DNA of 64,000 nt from Diplonema japonicum (Eukaryota > Protista > Euglenozoa: Diplonemea): positions 682,001 to 746,000 of the forward strand of contig OZ025664.1 of NCBI GenBank assembly GCA_964019335.1, given 5' to 3'. Made by a program: the position numbers and the translations under genes. Positions 46,498 to 59,165 of this stretch are shown here, piece after piece; the stretch's first letter is position 1; the number at the start of each line of letters is the position of its first letter. The notes beneath the pieces are model-generated. The model saw only the letters and a program-made list of their open reading frames with translations, searched no databases and was not told where the DNA came from.

Positions 46498-49400
46498 ATG
46501 GACGATGTTGATGACTTACAAGCACAACTTGCCAGTTACGTGCTTGCGAAGCCTGACAATAAGAAGCAGGTTACGAACCTGAAGCACAGACTACAGGTAA
46601 GTAAGTGGAATGAGGAGTTGATCGATAGCCTCGAGCGATACGATTGCGAGTACAACAGACTTGAGCCGCGCACTGTCACTCCTGATATAGTGCCAACAAG
46701 GCCTGGCACAGCAGCTCCCAGGAAATGGAGGCCAAGTGCGAGGGACATAGTGCCCTTGACAAGCGAGTGCTGTGGGGTAGATGAGTATGAGGAGTCGCTT
46801 TTGAAGCAGATTGATGAGATGCGCGAGGAGATATGCACTGTGCAGCAGGAAACGCAAAAGCAAGAAGAGCACTACGCGTCGCTATTCCAAAGGGCAAGTA
46901 CGCGCAAGAAGAAAGCGGGCAGCAGTGCACTTCACGTGTCGATTGCCATGCTCCGCAAAAAGGTGAGCTCCGTGGCACCAGTCAGGAGTTTGATCAAGAG
47001 CAAGCGTGTTGCATTGGAGAAGCAATTGATGGAGTTGCACGACGTAGGCAGCACGCTGCGGCGGGACATGCTCAAAGCGCCCACCTGTCCTGCTGCATTC
47101 GTTGTGTCCAGCCACTTTCCCCAAGAAGTGTGTGATGTGATACAGAATGAGGTTTACAACCGCCATGGGTATGTCGCTCCGTTCACGGAATTTATGGCTG
47201 TTTTCGAGTCCATCTGCGATGTCCTGGAATGGGTGAAGGTGTCGCAGGGGATCCTTGCGAGATATGGGTGGGGTGGGGAGGTCATCAATGGCAGCGAGGC
47301 TATCCCGCAGCTATCATGCGGTATATCCTTCGGGGATGCCGAGATGGTCGAAACAAGAGAGGGTGTAACGTACAAAGGCCCTGTCGTGCAACGAGCCGCC
47401 TTGCTGCGCGGGAAAGCAATGGGCGGGGAAGCTTACCTGTGTAATAGCGCCGCTGCAGAACTAGAGGCCATCCGTGCATCTATCAATAACCCACTGCCTA
47501 TGCTTCAGGGCATGCAGATGCTGAAGGCAGAAGACGGTATCGTCCTTGTCGCACAAGGGGCGGCCATCAAGCGCAACGGGGCACGTGGTGCTGTTGCAAA
47601 GCAGCGGGGGCCGAGGGAAATAGAAGTAAGATTAGCAAGCTTGGAGCAAGCAAGAATGGTTCTGGAAGATCAACAGATCAAGCGTACGGCGCCTTCGGGG
47701 GTTGTTACCGTTGTCTTCACCGACGTCCAGTCTTCCACTAGTCTCTGGGACACGTGCCCAAACGCCATGCGAATAGCACTACAGAAGCACAACAGGCTGT
47801 TCCTCAACCTGCTTGAAATATATGGCGGCTATGCTGTGAAGACAGAGGGTGACGCCTTTATGATAGCCTTCAGTGACGCCGCTAACGCCATGCATTGGTG
47901 CATGCAGACACAGCTCCATCTTTTGAAAGAGAACTGGCCGCCTGAGATCATCGAGAGCCCTGAAGGAGAGAACATGTACGTCGATGGTGTGCTTGTGTTC
48001 CACGGTTTGAGAGTGCGGATGGGCTTCACAACAGGTGAGCCAGAGTGCACGACAGATGTCCTCACAGGCAGGATGGATTATTTCGGACCCATGGTCAACT
48101 TAGCGGCACGGATCGCAGGGCAGGGCAAAGGCGGTGAGACGATTATTGGGAGCTCAGCAATGGCAGCTCTAAAAAGGTGTAAGGCTCTCCCCTCTCCTGA
48201 CGTAGCTGTGACGGGAAAAGGGACTAAATCCCTAAAAGGCATCTCAAAGAGCGAGACCATGTTCCAGCTGGTACCAGTTGGTCTTACAGGCCGCAAGGAT
48301 TCGCAGCAAGATGCTCCCAAGGCCGACAGACAGTGTGCCTGGGCTGACGCTGTCTTTAACGCCAGAAAGAAGAAAAGAGCACAGCAGGCTTTAAGCGCGG
48401 ATACTTTGCGTCGATATTTGGACATGGAAAAGGTGTATCCCAAGCTGATAAGGAAGTACAGGTCGATACGGCGGACCATAGAAGCCAAGGAGGCAAAGCT
48501 GATGCGTTGCGAGGACACAATGACTGCTGACATACCGCCCACAGGATCCGTCACCATTGTGTTCACTGATATACAGGACAGCACCTCCTTGTGGGAAGCT
48601 GACGCTGCCCGAATGAGCTTAGTGCTGCACATGCACAACAAGCTGCTCAGGAGCCTGATAAAAGAGCATGAAGGGTATGAGGTGAAGACGGAAGGCGATG
48701 CCTTCATGGTGGCCTTTCCGTCGCCATTGTACGCTCTTAATTGGTGCGTTGCAGCTCAGCTTGCTTTGCTGACCGAGCCATGGCCGGAGCCTTCCCCTGT
48801 TTATTATGAGAACGTGATGATTTTCAATGGACCACGCGTGCGCATGGGGTTGAACACAGGAGAGCCCAACTGTGACATTGACAGAATCACGTGTCGGATG
48901 GACTACCACGGAAGGATAGTCAACAATGCCGCGCGAGTGTCGGGGACGGCACAGGGGGGTGACATCGCCATGGGGTTGGGCACTTACACGGAGTTGCTGA
49001 GGTTAGACGAAGAGTCGGGCAACATCTTTGGTTGCCTCAGCCTGAAGTCGAAGGGGAGTGTGCATCTGAAGGGGATCTCCACAGCGGAGATGATTCACTC
49101 TGTGCTTCCGTTGTCCTTAGCAGGGAGACGACTCTACTGGAAAAAGGAGGGGAATAAACAACAAGCGAAAGCCATAGTGGGCCGTATGGAGCAGGCGAAG
49201 TATGAAGAATACAGAGCGCCAAATGAACTCCAGCTGCTCGGGCATCACGAGAAGGTTATGGAGAAGGTTTTCGCGGTGCACGAGATACTGAACAAGCCGT
49301 TCAGTCTGACACGGCAGGAGATATCTGATGTTTACCCTGAGATGATGTCTGTAGTGAAGTACGTCACGATCCTCACACGCACGCTTACCGAGCACGATGA

Positions 49401-49536
49401 GTCGAAAGGCGACTGGGAAGAGACCCTTGCTAATCTAATTTGCAAGCTCACGACAATCATTGGCAACGATCCTGAGGGAGTGCCCTTTCAAACGCTATCG
49501 CGCTCCATGCGCTCTCGGAAGTCGATGCGTCGTTAA
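46498..49536 (+). CDS. Soluble class III adenylate cyclase with one degenerate and two complete cyclase domains
   Basis: VFTD.Q.ST.LW / VKTEGDAFM / RVRMG / MDY.G..VN.AAR occurs twice. No TM helices seen. Confidence 0.9.
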   Translation: MDDVDDLQAQLASYVLAKPDNKKQVTNLKHRLQVSKWNEELIDSLERYDCEYNRLEPRTVTPDIVPTRPGTAAPRKWRPSARDIVPLTSECCGVDEYEESLLKQIDEMREEICTVQQETQKQEEHYASLFQRASTRKKKAGSSALHVSIAMLRKKVSSVAPVRSLIKSKRVALEKQLMELHDVGSTLRRDMLKAPTCPAAFVVSSHFPQEVCDVIQNEVYNRHGYVAPFTEFMAVFESICDVLEWVKVSQGILARYGWGGEVINGSEAIPQLSCGISFGDAEMVETREGVTYKGPVVQRAALLRGKAMGGEAYLCNSAAAELEAIRASINNPLPMLQGMQMLKAEDGIVLVAQGAAIKRNGARGAVAKQRGPREIEVRLASLEQARMVLEDQQIKRTAPSGVVTVVFTDVQSSTSLWDTCPNAMRIALQKHNRLFLNLLEIYGGYAVKTEGDAFMIAFSDAANAMHWCMQTQLHLLKENWPPEIIESPEGENMYVDGVLVFHGLRVRMGFTTGEPECTTDVLTGRMDYFGPMVNLAARIAGQGKGGETIIGSSAMAALKRCKALPSPDVAVTGKGTKSLKGISKSETMFQLVPVGLTGRKDSQQDAPKADRQCAWADAVFNARKKKRAQQALSADTLRRYLDMEKVYPKLIRKYRSIRRTIEAKEAKLMRCEDTMTADIPPTGSVTIVFTDIQDSTSLWEADAARMSLVLHMHNKLLRSLIKEHEGYEVKTEGDAFMVAFPSPLYALNWCVAAQLALLTEPWPEPSPVYYENVMIFNGPRVRMGLNTGEPNCDIDRITCRMDYHGRIVNNAARVSGTAQGGDIAMGLGTYTELLRLDEESGNIFGCLSLKSKGSVHLKGISTAEMIHSVLPLSLAGRRLYWKKEGNKQQAKAIVGRMEQAKYEEYRAPNELQLLGHHEKVMEKVFAVHEILNKPFSLTRQEISDVYPEMMSVVKYVTILTRTLTEHDESKGDWEETLANLICKLTTIIGNDPEGVPFQTLSRSMRSRKSMRR

Positions 49537-49596
49537 CTTTATTATACTTTCCCATCTTATCACCACACCACTACTATCATAGGGTTATACATAAAC

Positions 49597-50799
49597 ATGC
49601 CGACGTACTATGACGCGGCATGCACAGGACCACCTGCAATCGATGGGTCGGAGAGCAATGCGTGCAGAAATAAAGGACAGCCGAAAGAAAAGGTGACAAG
49701 GCCTCTTGACAGAAGAACGACAACGTTGATGACACGTGAGAGAGTTGAAAAGTCGCGCCTAGAAGCACAGCAAAACCATGAGCCAGAACCAGTATCGCCT
49801 TCACCCGTTGCCTCACCAAAGGTGGAGGAAGAAGATGCAGGCCACAGTACCGCTCGATCCCTGACTAAGGAAGAGAAGGTCCAGCTGATCAACGAATCAG
49901 CAAATCACCCGTACCTCAAGAGACTGCTGCAGGGCATGCACGTGTTAAGAGACAGGAGCGAAGAGACAGTGCGCTCGACGCATTCGAGCCAGCTGCGCGA
50001 GCGGAGATATAAAAAGCCCTCTACCACTGCCATGTTCGCCACGCCGCCCCCTGCCATATTCACTGAGTCGAGGTCTCCGATTTCACCGTTGCCCACACCG
50101 TGGGAAGACGATGCACCTCCGCCGTGGGTGGCAAGCAAGCATAGCATACTCAACCAGAACAAAAATAAGAAAAAGAAAAAGAGAACCATTCACAAGACAC
50201 CGGAACGCACCCCCCGTGGCACCCCCGGCTTCAGCTCTATCGAGAGAAGAAGTGAGCCGTCGCCCTTCCCCACGACCAGGTCGCACAAGACAGACGTCAG
50301 CGAGGGAGAACCTAATGACAAAAATGATTTCCCGCAGCTTAAGAAGCTTACATCGATGTTAGCGAACGAGCCGAAGCCTGCAGAGCAGAACGGTGGACAT
50401 GAGAATGAATGTACCACAGAGGGGGCCATGTATAAAGGGGAGTCATTTTACACCATGCTGCAAGGGGCCCTCACAAGGCTCGTGGGTGCCGATGCCTCGG
50501 ACACCGAGACGCCCTCTCCTTCACCTTCGTCGCCTACACCTGTTGCTGCGAAGCAGTTGAAGCCGAGAAGCCGACCCAAGCAGATGGGGAACACAACGAA
50601 TAGAAGTAAAAGGAGTAGCGTAACACCGGAGAAGAGGGGTTCCTTCGCACCACGTCCCTCGTACTCGCCGTCGCCGTCACCGTCACGCAGGAAGCCACTG
50701 CCGTCGCCTGGCGCAGAGAGGAGAAGGTATGTAACGGGTGCAAAGGGTGTCACTTTAAACAGCCCGGTGCCAGGACAGAGGCCAGTATGGCGGAAGTAG
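49597..50799 (+). CDS. Ser/Pro/Arg-rich hypothetical protein
   Basis: 400-aa low-complexity ORF on the cluster strand. Confidence 0.7.
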   Translation: MPTYYDAACTGPPAIDGSESNACRNKGQPKEKVTRPLDRRTTTLMTRERVEKSRLEAQQNHEPEPVSPSPVASPKVEEEDAGHSTARSLTKEEKVQLINESANHPYLKRLLQGMHVLRDRSEETVRSTHSSQLRERRYKKPSTTAMFATPPPAIFTESRSPISPLPTPWEDDAPPPWVASKHSILNQNKNKKKKKRTIHKTPERTPRGTPGFSSIERRSEPSPFPTTRSHKTDVSEGEPNDKNDFPQLKKLTSMLANEPKPAEQNGGHENECTTEGAMYKGESFYTMLQGALTRLVGADASDTETPSPSPSSPTPVAAKQLKPRSRPKQMGNTTNRSKRSSVTPEKRGSFAPRPSYSPSPSPSRRKPLPSPGAERRRYVTGAKGVTLNSPVPGQRPVWRK

Positions 50800-51095
50800 T
50801 TTGATAGATAGAGCTGAACGAAACTAGTGCATCTGCCGAAGTGTCGCCGCCTCACGTGCACATTGTATGAACCACCTTCTACCCCCCTTTGTGCGAAGCT
50901 AACTAGTCCTTGTGCCTGCACTGCCGTCCAGGTCGCTGGATGGCAGGGGCGGAAGCACCTGCACTGTCTTGGCTTACGATTGCGGTGCTCCGTGGCTGCC
51001 TCCTGCTGCTCGATACTTTCTTGAATGAAAGAAGGAAGAAAGGACCCTTGGCCCCGCAGTACTGAAGCTTGGCACTTTCACTTGCTGCATCGCAT

Positions 51096-51149
<54 letters not shown>

Positions 51150-51584
51150 TTCAACAAAAAGATTTAAAGGAAAGAAAAAGAAAGAAAGAAAAAAAGAAAA
51201 TAACGAGCAAAAAAAAAAAAAAGGAAAAAGAAGACAACGATGCTTTGCACGGTGATGGGCAAGATTCCGCACACCGGTTGTAAGTTATAGCTTGAGCAAC
51301 ATAAAGAAAAGTTAAGAACAAGTGTAATTTTTTTAAGAGGAGGGTTACTTGTAGGCGTCCTTTTAGCGGTGGCGTACGGCAGTGGGTGCCGAACAGGGAT
51401 TTGTAGTTTTTTTTTTTCTTTTTTTTTTTTTATTCTTTTTCTTTTATGTTTCCCCTATTCCCCCCTTTTTTCTTATCCCTAAAAGGTTTTTTTTTTTGTA
51501 ATCCCTCCCATTTATAATCCTCAAGCTTTGATATCACCGACACGAAAAAAGAAGGAAAAAGAAAAGGAAAAAAAAAAAAAAAAA

Positions 51585-52146
51585 ATGTTCCGTGGATTGA
51601 GGGCCGCCAGGACGATCTCGCAGGTATGTGCCACACACAATATCATATATTCGTTTACAGGTGAGGAGCTTTGGGATGACTGCCCCCTGCCTCATGCCGG
51701 TGTACTACTCAAAGAGCCACGAGTGGGTGAGCATTGAGGAAGGCAAGGCAACAGTCGGAATCACCCATTTCGCTCAGGAAGAGCTTGGTGAGGTGGTGTA
51801 CATTGACTTGCCTGAAGTCGGTGAGACTGTGGAGCCCAGTATGCAGCTTTCCCCTTCCTTTCCCCTTTCACAACTTTTTAACAGACGAGACCTACGGCAC
51901 TGTGGAGTCTGTGAAGGCCACCTCCTCCCTCATCTCCCCCGTCGGTGGCACCATCGCCGATGTCAATGAAGAGCTTACTGAGAACAGCGGTATGAATGCT
52001 GTGAGGAAAAAAATATTAAAACAGGGCTTGTGAACGAGTCCCCCGAAGACAAGGCATGGACCATCAAGCTTGAGGGCATCACCGAGCCCGAGGGTCTTAT
52101 GACCAGAGAGGAGTACGAGAAGTACCAAGCAGAAGTAGCGGAATGA
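51585..52146 (+). CDS. GCSH: Mitochondrial glycine cleavage system H protein; introns 51624-51660, 51839-51884, 51990-52024
   Basis: Presequence [13 protein letters not shown]; [24 protein letters not shown], lipoyl site VESVKA and VNESP...AW. Confidence 0.95.
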
Positions 52147-52669
52147 TCTTAGTGAAGAAAGAAGAATTTTAAAGGTCGTGCTTCATAGTGTTTGATTTTT
52201 TTTTTTTTTTCCTTTTCCCTTCTTTGCTTTTCGCGGTGTCTGCGGCACCCTACCTGCGACCCATTCGGTCCATACTTCAAAAGGACGACGCCTGCAGCAC
52301 CATGACAGGGGAGGGTGACTACCCATACCCTTAGTGCTTTCTGTTTCTTTTTTTCTTTCTTTTTTCCACCATTATCTTTTTCTTTTTTTTCTTTCTTTCT
52401 TTCTTTTTTTTTTTTTTTTTACGCGCGTGTCGTGGCACGTTTTTCTTTTTCTTTTTTTGGACAGCTTGGGCTATTCACGCCAGATACATGCTTTGTTTGC
52501 CTTGAGGGTCTCGGGCTTGTACTCGTTAAGGCTGCCGGGTTTGGACCGCACTTTTTGGGTTTCGTTCCTTTCACGTTGGTGGTTATGAGCATGTGTAATG
52601 TGCTTCATGGCATTACTTTCCTCTCTTTTTTGGCATATTTCGCGCTAACTACTGGGCACTGCAGGTATA

Positions 52670-54924
52670 ATGTACCCTCACTTGTCGCTGCTTGCGAGTC
52701 TAGCAGGTCAGTCGCTTGCTGTACTTATAGGCTCTGAGCAAGTGGGCTCTGAACAAGTGGACTCTGAGCTAGAAAAGGCAAAGTTGATCCTATGTCTCCG
52801 GGAGCAGGTGGAAGCGCTGACCACCAATGTCACAGAGGCACGGAAGCAGCAGCACAGTGCAGAGAAGACTAATAAGCAGCTCAGCGATGCAATCACCGCG
52901 GGGCGTGCAAGGCTGAGTGTCAGGGACTGCGACATGCAGGTTTTCCAAGAGAAGCTGGCCACCTCAGAAGACCAGCTGCTGCTCAGCAAGATGAAGCTGG
53001 AGATGCTGCAAGAAGAGGGTATAAAGCGCGAAGCAGTTTACAACAACGAGAAGCAAAAGCAGAATGAAGCACTACGAGAGGAGCGGGTCGGCCTCATGCA
53101 ACAGAAGGTAGAAAAGAAAAGAGACGACACTGAGAACGCCCTCCTGCTGCGCCTCATCAACGCAGAAGCCGATAAGTGGAAACACAAAACGCTGGAACTG
53201 CATTCTGTTATTGACGTGCAGGTGCGGGAGGAGGCGAAGAACAACGTGTTGTTAGCAATAGTGAACGCTCAGCTGATCGGCCAAAGAGAAGAAAACAACG
53301 CCCTGAGGAAGGAGGTGGGAGGCTACAGAGAAGAGATTACGAGGAAAGAAGAGCAGCTCCAAGATGCTGAGGAGAGACGCGAACAGTTATTACGACTTAA
53401 AGAGCAGCAGAGCGACTATGCCATCACTACGGAGAAGGAACACCACTTCAAGATCATGAGGCGCAAGGCACACGAAAGCAGGCAGCAGACGCTAATCGAA
53501 AGCTCGGAAGTAGAGCTCAAGGCCAATGTTACGGAAATCGAGTCATACACTCACAGAGCAAGCCTAGGGCTGAAGACGGCTTATGAGAAGCAGGCCGACC
53601 TGACGGGGCAGTGCAACAGGCTGATCGCTATCAACAACGATCTGAAAACTGCACTGCGAGAAACAGAGGTATGATTTTGCCAAGACTGCATCAACGCAGG
53701 AGATCGAAACATCACGCTACGTCGAGAGGAAGAATGAAATCACGAAACTAGCCACGCGAAGAGAAACAGTGGCTAAGAAAATGGAGCTGGCAGATATGGT
53801 ATGCAGCTTCTCATCTTGTGTTTCTTGTATGCATAGCAGAAACGCTTTGAGGAGATGGTGAGTAATGATAACAGTATAAACCTTCTTAAGTCTCAAGTAG
53901 AAGTTCTCAGCAAGAAAGCGAAGGCCTTCGGAGAGAAGGTTGTGATCAAGCAAGCAGGAATCAACGACAAGTATGAATATTAGATATATCTAATCCACCT
54001 AGGATCGAGAGCGCCAGGGCCACGGCAGCTGCTATCCGACTTCAGGAGATGGAGAGCGACACCGACAACTTCAAGACTATCACGAAGATCATAGCTGCCA
54101 ATGAGTGCCTGCGCAACCAGATTGTGGTGTTGGAGAAGACAGCAGCTGCGCGCAACGAGGCGCACATTCAGGAGAGAATAGAAATGGCAGAGCAGTTGGC
54201 GAAGTATAAGAAGATGAAGGGCGACCTTGAAGAAGGAGTGAGAGACAAAACGACGGCCCACGAAGGCACTATGGCCGACCTCCGAGCCCAGCAATTGAAT
54301 GTGTCGGAGAAGCAGGTGGGGGCTGAAGAAGTTCAGCACACTGCAAGTCATTTGCGTGAGCGGTGTATCATGGTGGATCGTGAGACGGGACATTTAACGA
54401 AGCACCTCCACGCGCTGGAGAAGGAAGCCATGCGCAGCATGAGGTTTTTTGAAGGCAAATGTAATGCATACGAATCAGAGGGCAAGGTGCATAAGAACGA
54501 AATCGCAAGGCTCGCGAGGACAGTATCACGACTGGAGGTGAGGGTGGCGGAGACGCAAGAGTACCGCACCAAAGCGGAGGAGAACACCAAACTAGAGGGG
54601 GAGATAAAGGAGTATAAAAAAGAACAGCGGTATCTCCAGAACGTGATATCGACAATGACAGTAGAGAAGGGCCTCCTTGACGGTTACAAGGCAAAAGTAC
54701 TCACAGAGCAGAACGAATCTCAGCTGCAGAAGCTGAAGTCCTTGGAGGGCCTCAAAGCGCGGTACGTCCCACTTCTGAAGGAGCTCCTTGCTACGGCACG
54801 AAAACATGACATCAAGTCAGACGCGATCAAGAACGCCGAGCGGGCGGCCCTTGAGCTCGGCATTTCGTGTTACCACACTCCAGCTCCTCCGAAGGCTCTT
54901 TGGGCAAGCCATCAAAATTATTAG
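52670..54924 (+). CDS. Long coiled-coil protein; introns 53669-53699, 53799-53836/9, 53971-54002
   Basis: Three GTATG..AG introns join two ORFs through two unlisted exons in frame. Confidence 0.75.
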
Positions 54925-55002
54925 TGCTTTCCAGTACTGAGTGTTTAATAAGTATTAGTGCCTTTGCGTTTTTGTTTAAGTCTTATTTCAGTTAAATGAA
55001 GG

Positions 55003-58000
55003 ATGCACGGATTTAAGGAAGGGCACCTCAGGGCACGCACGCCACAAGACTGTGTGTCGTCACAGTATGTGTCACCTCCTCGCAATGCACTCCTGCCAAA
55101 GCGGTTTCCTAAGGCGGCAAACAGCATTGCCTTGACGCCTGAGGGGACAGCACACGATGAAACAGCGCCGCCATGGCTCACACCCACGCACGACGAGACC
55201 GCAGATTTGGTCATGTCAAAGCTGCACAGTCACTACCTCGCCTCAACCCCTGTGCAAAGCACTCCTTTACGAAGGACCCCTGTGCAAAGCACAGTGAGTC
55301 GTGTTCCGAGAACAGCTCCCAAGACACGTGCCCCAAACACTGAAGCGCACCCACTCCCGAATTCGCAAACCAAGCTCCCTCCCTTTTTATCGTCTTCGCG
55401 AGGCCTCCACATTGTCAACAAGGCACAAAAAGCAGCATTGGGTAGGTTAGCAGTGGCAGAAGAAGAGCTACGGCTTCTGCTGTCTTCGGAGGGGATATCG
55501 AATTCAGCACTGCACGACTCATCAGCGCCACCTGGGAAGCGTATTGCCGATGCAAAGGCAGCGCTTGAAGAGCTCAACAAAGCGAAAGCACCAGTTAAGG
55601 ATGCAGGTGATGTACAGCAGGAGGTGTGCATGCTCGATTTCGTATCCGAGAGCACACAGCCGGGATCGTGCACGGATAAAGCGGTCTTTGAAGAGGCTAC
55701 GACAGTTGAACCGACTCACAGCAAAGAACCGATTCAATCTATAAACATCAAGCTTGAAGGCCGACAGCATGAGCCGATCCGAAGTAGCCAGCAGAACGTA
55801 CACCAGCAGGAGGAACCTGCAGGCAAACTCGTCAAGCTTGAGCACAAGCAAGAATTTTATGCCGTGCCGCTTGGTGTTCAGCAGATTGCACCCGAACAGA
55901 TTCAAGTTGTTCCTGCTGAACAGCCAATTCCTCTCGAGGAGGTGAGTAAAACTAGCAGAAGGTCTGCACCTGCTCCTCAAGCACCAGTTGCACCGGAGCA
56001 GATCCGTACTGAGTGCCAGCGTGAGGCACCAATTCAAGTGGAGGCTGCACACTTCCCCATCAAGCATGTCTCTGTATCGTCGAGCACATGTGAAATGTCA
56101 CAGCGAGGGTCGCTTATGAGTGTAACCTTCTTAGATGGTACGCTGCCGCAGGACACCCGCACTCATGACTGCACCGTTCGCCTTATATTTGACGACCCCA
56201 ATCAGTCCTTGGGTGTGAAGTGGCGGTATAACAACGGATATATTGTAGCCGACAGTTTCGATGAGAACGGTGTCTGCGACAAGGCAGGGATGCAGAAGGG
56301 GTGGTGCGTTGTGAGTGTAAACAAGATACCTGTGTGCACCATTCAGCATCTCAACAAGGCCGTCTCGGATGCTAGGTGTGAACAAGAGTGGGTCGATCTG
56401 GGAGTTCTTGTGCCTCACAGCGCAGAGGGAAAGCCTGAAATGAAGGATACTGCAATAGAGTGTGCGGCGGAGGTAGCCGACATCGCTGTGTCTACTGACG
56501 TGCCTTACCCGAACGAAGACTACGAAAACCTGACGGGGCGGTTAGAAGAGTTGCAAACTGTGTTGAATGTCGCACTTAAGGAGCGTGATGACTTTGCGAG
56601 CAAGGTAGAGATGACGGCTGGAATTGCAGAAGAGTATAGTTTGGAGAAGGAAAAATGCACTGAGCTGCAGTTGTTGCTGGACAACTGCAATGAGATGCTC
56701 GCGAGCCATGAACGGATAGCCGAGGAGTGCAAGAACGATAATGCAGGACAAGAGCAGTTCATTCTTACATTAGAAGATGAGAAGAGAAAATTAGAGCACC
56801 AAGTCAAGATGAGCGAGCACAATACGCAAGAAGTGGTGGATAAGTACGAACTGCTGCAGCGCAGGATACAGCTGCTGGAGACAGACCTAGAGATGGTATG
56901 CATAACGCGAAATAGTCATGACGTCAACAATAGGCCAACAGGAGGTGTCAGTCACAAAAGCAACATATCGAGTTTCTTGAAGATGACCTCTCGAAGGTAC
57001 GTATGGTGTCAGAATAACAAGAACTGCCAACAGCTGCGGAAAGCAGAATCTGATTTGACGCGCAAATTGAATAGCACGAGTGGCGACCTAGAAGGTGCGA
57101 AAGATCTAGTGAAACAGTTCCAAGGCAACACGGAATTGCTTGTTGCGGAAAACGAAGAGAAGACAAAGAGCCTTGCCACCACTAAACACGAGATGGCTAA
57201 GGTGTGCATAAGTCCTGCCTCAGTACCAACAGATAACGCGGGAGAGCAACGAATGTAAACGACTGCATGACAAGGTGACGTTCCAGTCTAATGAACAGAG
57301 CATTGCTCTCGTACAGGTAGGTTGTTTTTTCTTGTATATGCTCGCTTACAGGCGGATGAGGAAGTTGAGAGACAGAAGGTCATTATTAGCACCTTAGAAG
57401 CAGCTCTGCGTGACCATGAGCTACGGTCCGTAGAGCAAGCACAGGTACAGCATTCTCACCCTGTTTCACTCACTCACAGCACATGCGCGATGTTGTTGAA
57501 AGGAACGCCTTGTTGGAGGCAGAGATTGGCAAGATCCAATCGGTATGCCCCGGCATTTAACAACCCCGACACACAGGCCGCCGCTGATGAGCGACAAGGC
57601 ACCGTGCGAAGGCTGACCAATGCAGCAGAAGAGAGGTTGTCGACAATGCAAAGCACGCACGACAGAGAAGTTTCATTCCAAAGACAGGAATTGGATCAGA
57701 TGAGGGAGAGCGGCACCAATGAAATGAAAATCAAAGAAGAACTTGAACGAGAGGTGCTCGTATTGAAGGATGAGAAACAGGTGCTGCTCTCTAAACTGGG
57801 TGCCTATGAGGCAGAGGCCTTCGAGCGCATGAGGTCGCCTAAGGCAAAGAGGCTTTCGTCACGTATGGTCTCGCCGTTGTCGCCTTCTTTGGGTGCGCGT
57901 ATTGCAAGCAGCTCTATTGATGATCTAGAGTCGCCCTACTCCCGTGGAAAGCAGAGCGTCTACTTCCTGGACAACGTCCACCCGCCTGACGACGGTTCCT

Positions 58001-58632
58001 GTGATGAAGTGTGGACACCGGTTAGGTTGAACGTCGTAGCTGCTAACTATGGTAAGTTCAGATCCTCGTCTGACTTTGCGCGATCATCCTTTGCAAGATC
58101 ACGGACGGCGTCGTGGCGGAGTGGCGAGCTGTTCATGGACACAAGGATCGTTCCCCATCCAGTCGACGGCTTCATGGTGACCAGGGACAGTGCTGTCACG
58201 CAAGTGCCCAATGACGAGCCTACAGGTGACAGTGGCTTCCCTCCTGTCGCACCGTCCCCCGAAAGTATTGAAAAGTCAGAACCCGACAACCAACAACCGA
58301 CACCCAACCGACCCACAAACCCTCTGCAGCAGGCAGGGCTTACGTTAGATGAGGTTTTCTCCACATGCTTTGAGCAGAGAACCCAGTTGGCATCGTCCTT
58401 CGCAACACTAGATGTCCTGAAGACCGAGATGGTGTCCACGAAAGAGCTCCTGTCGCGCCCCAGCACTGCATGCATGCTCGATGACACTGTGTGGCAGGAG
58501 CTCACTGACATCGAGCAAATATACCTGTCGTTGAAAGGCTCTCTGGAGGGCTGTAGTGAGACCTTTGATAAAAATGAGCTAGAAGCGAGAGAGCTCGCCA
58601 TTATCGCTGACTCCTTGGGGTCGTGTGCGTGA
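55003..58632 (+). CDS. PDZ-containing coiled-coil protein; introns 56896-56933, 56997-57033, 57202-57232, 57317-57351, 57445-57479, 57543-57576
   Basis: QSLGVKW...DKAGMQKGWCVVSVN PDZ motif. Splicing six micro-introns gives one continuous coil-like frame. Confidence 0.75.
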
Positions 58633-58727
58633 TAAACGTGTTGTATATAAGTACTTTGTTGTTATAGTAGATTAAGTTACAGTGTTGTATTTAAGTCTTC
58701 TGCCTTCACATTCACAATAGGGCAGAT

Positions 58728-59120
58728 ATGTTTACGTTTATCGTAGGCATCGACTGGGCGGGGTACAGGAGAAACACGGAAGTCGTGATACAGAGCAATA
58801 TCCCACCTACAACAGAAGAGCTGCGGGATGCAGCAGAAGAAGTGTTTACTATTGACGCGAAATGCGAGAAAGCAGCACCGTGGCATGAGAAGCAAGATGC
58901 AGTGTTGCGAGTGAATGACATGATGATATGGGACAGCGTGTTACAGGGGTGGTCCAATTTGCTATTTAGTTCACAGTTGCGTGAGTGGACGCAGATATGG
59001 TGTGTGTGCGACGGCACACCCCTTCCGACGTTGCACGAGATACCGAAGACAAAAAGTGGTTTCTCACAATTGACGAAACACACCATCAGTCCACCCATCC
59101 ACATCCAGACCCAACGTTAG
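58728..59120 (+). CDS. Stand-alone BILBO1 N-terminal-domain-like protein
   Basis: F...V..D..G...N.E....P...EL...AE..F...W..L....QL....Q.W...EIP matches the recalled trypanosome BILBO1 N-terminal domain. Confidence 0.7.
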   Translation: MFTFIVGIDWAGYRRNTEVVIQSNIPPTTEELRDAAEEVFTIDAKCEKAAPWHEKQDAVLRVNDMMIWDSVLQGWSNLLFSSQLREWTQIWCVCDGTPLPTLHEIPKTKSGFSQLTKHTISPPIHIQTQR

Positions 59121-59165
59121 CTTCTTGTCTTTGCGTCCATCATATCACTCACCAAAGGTTACACA

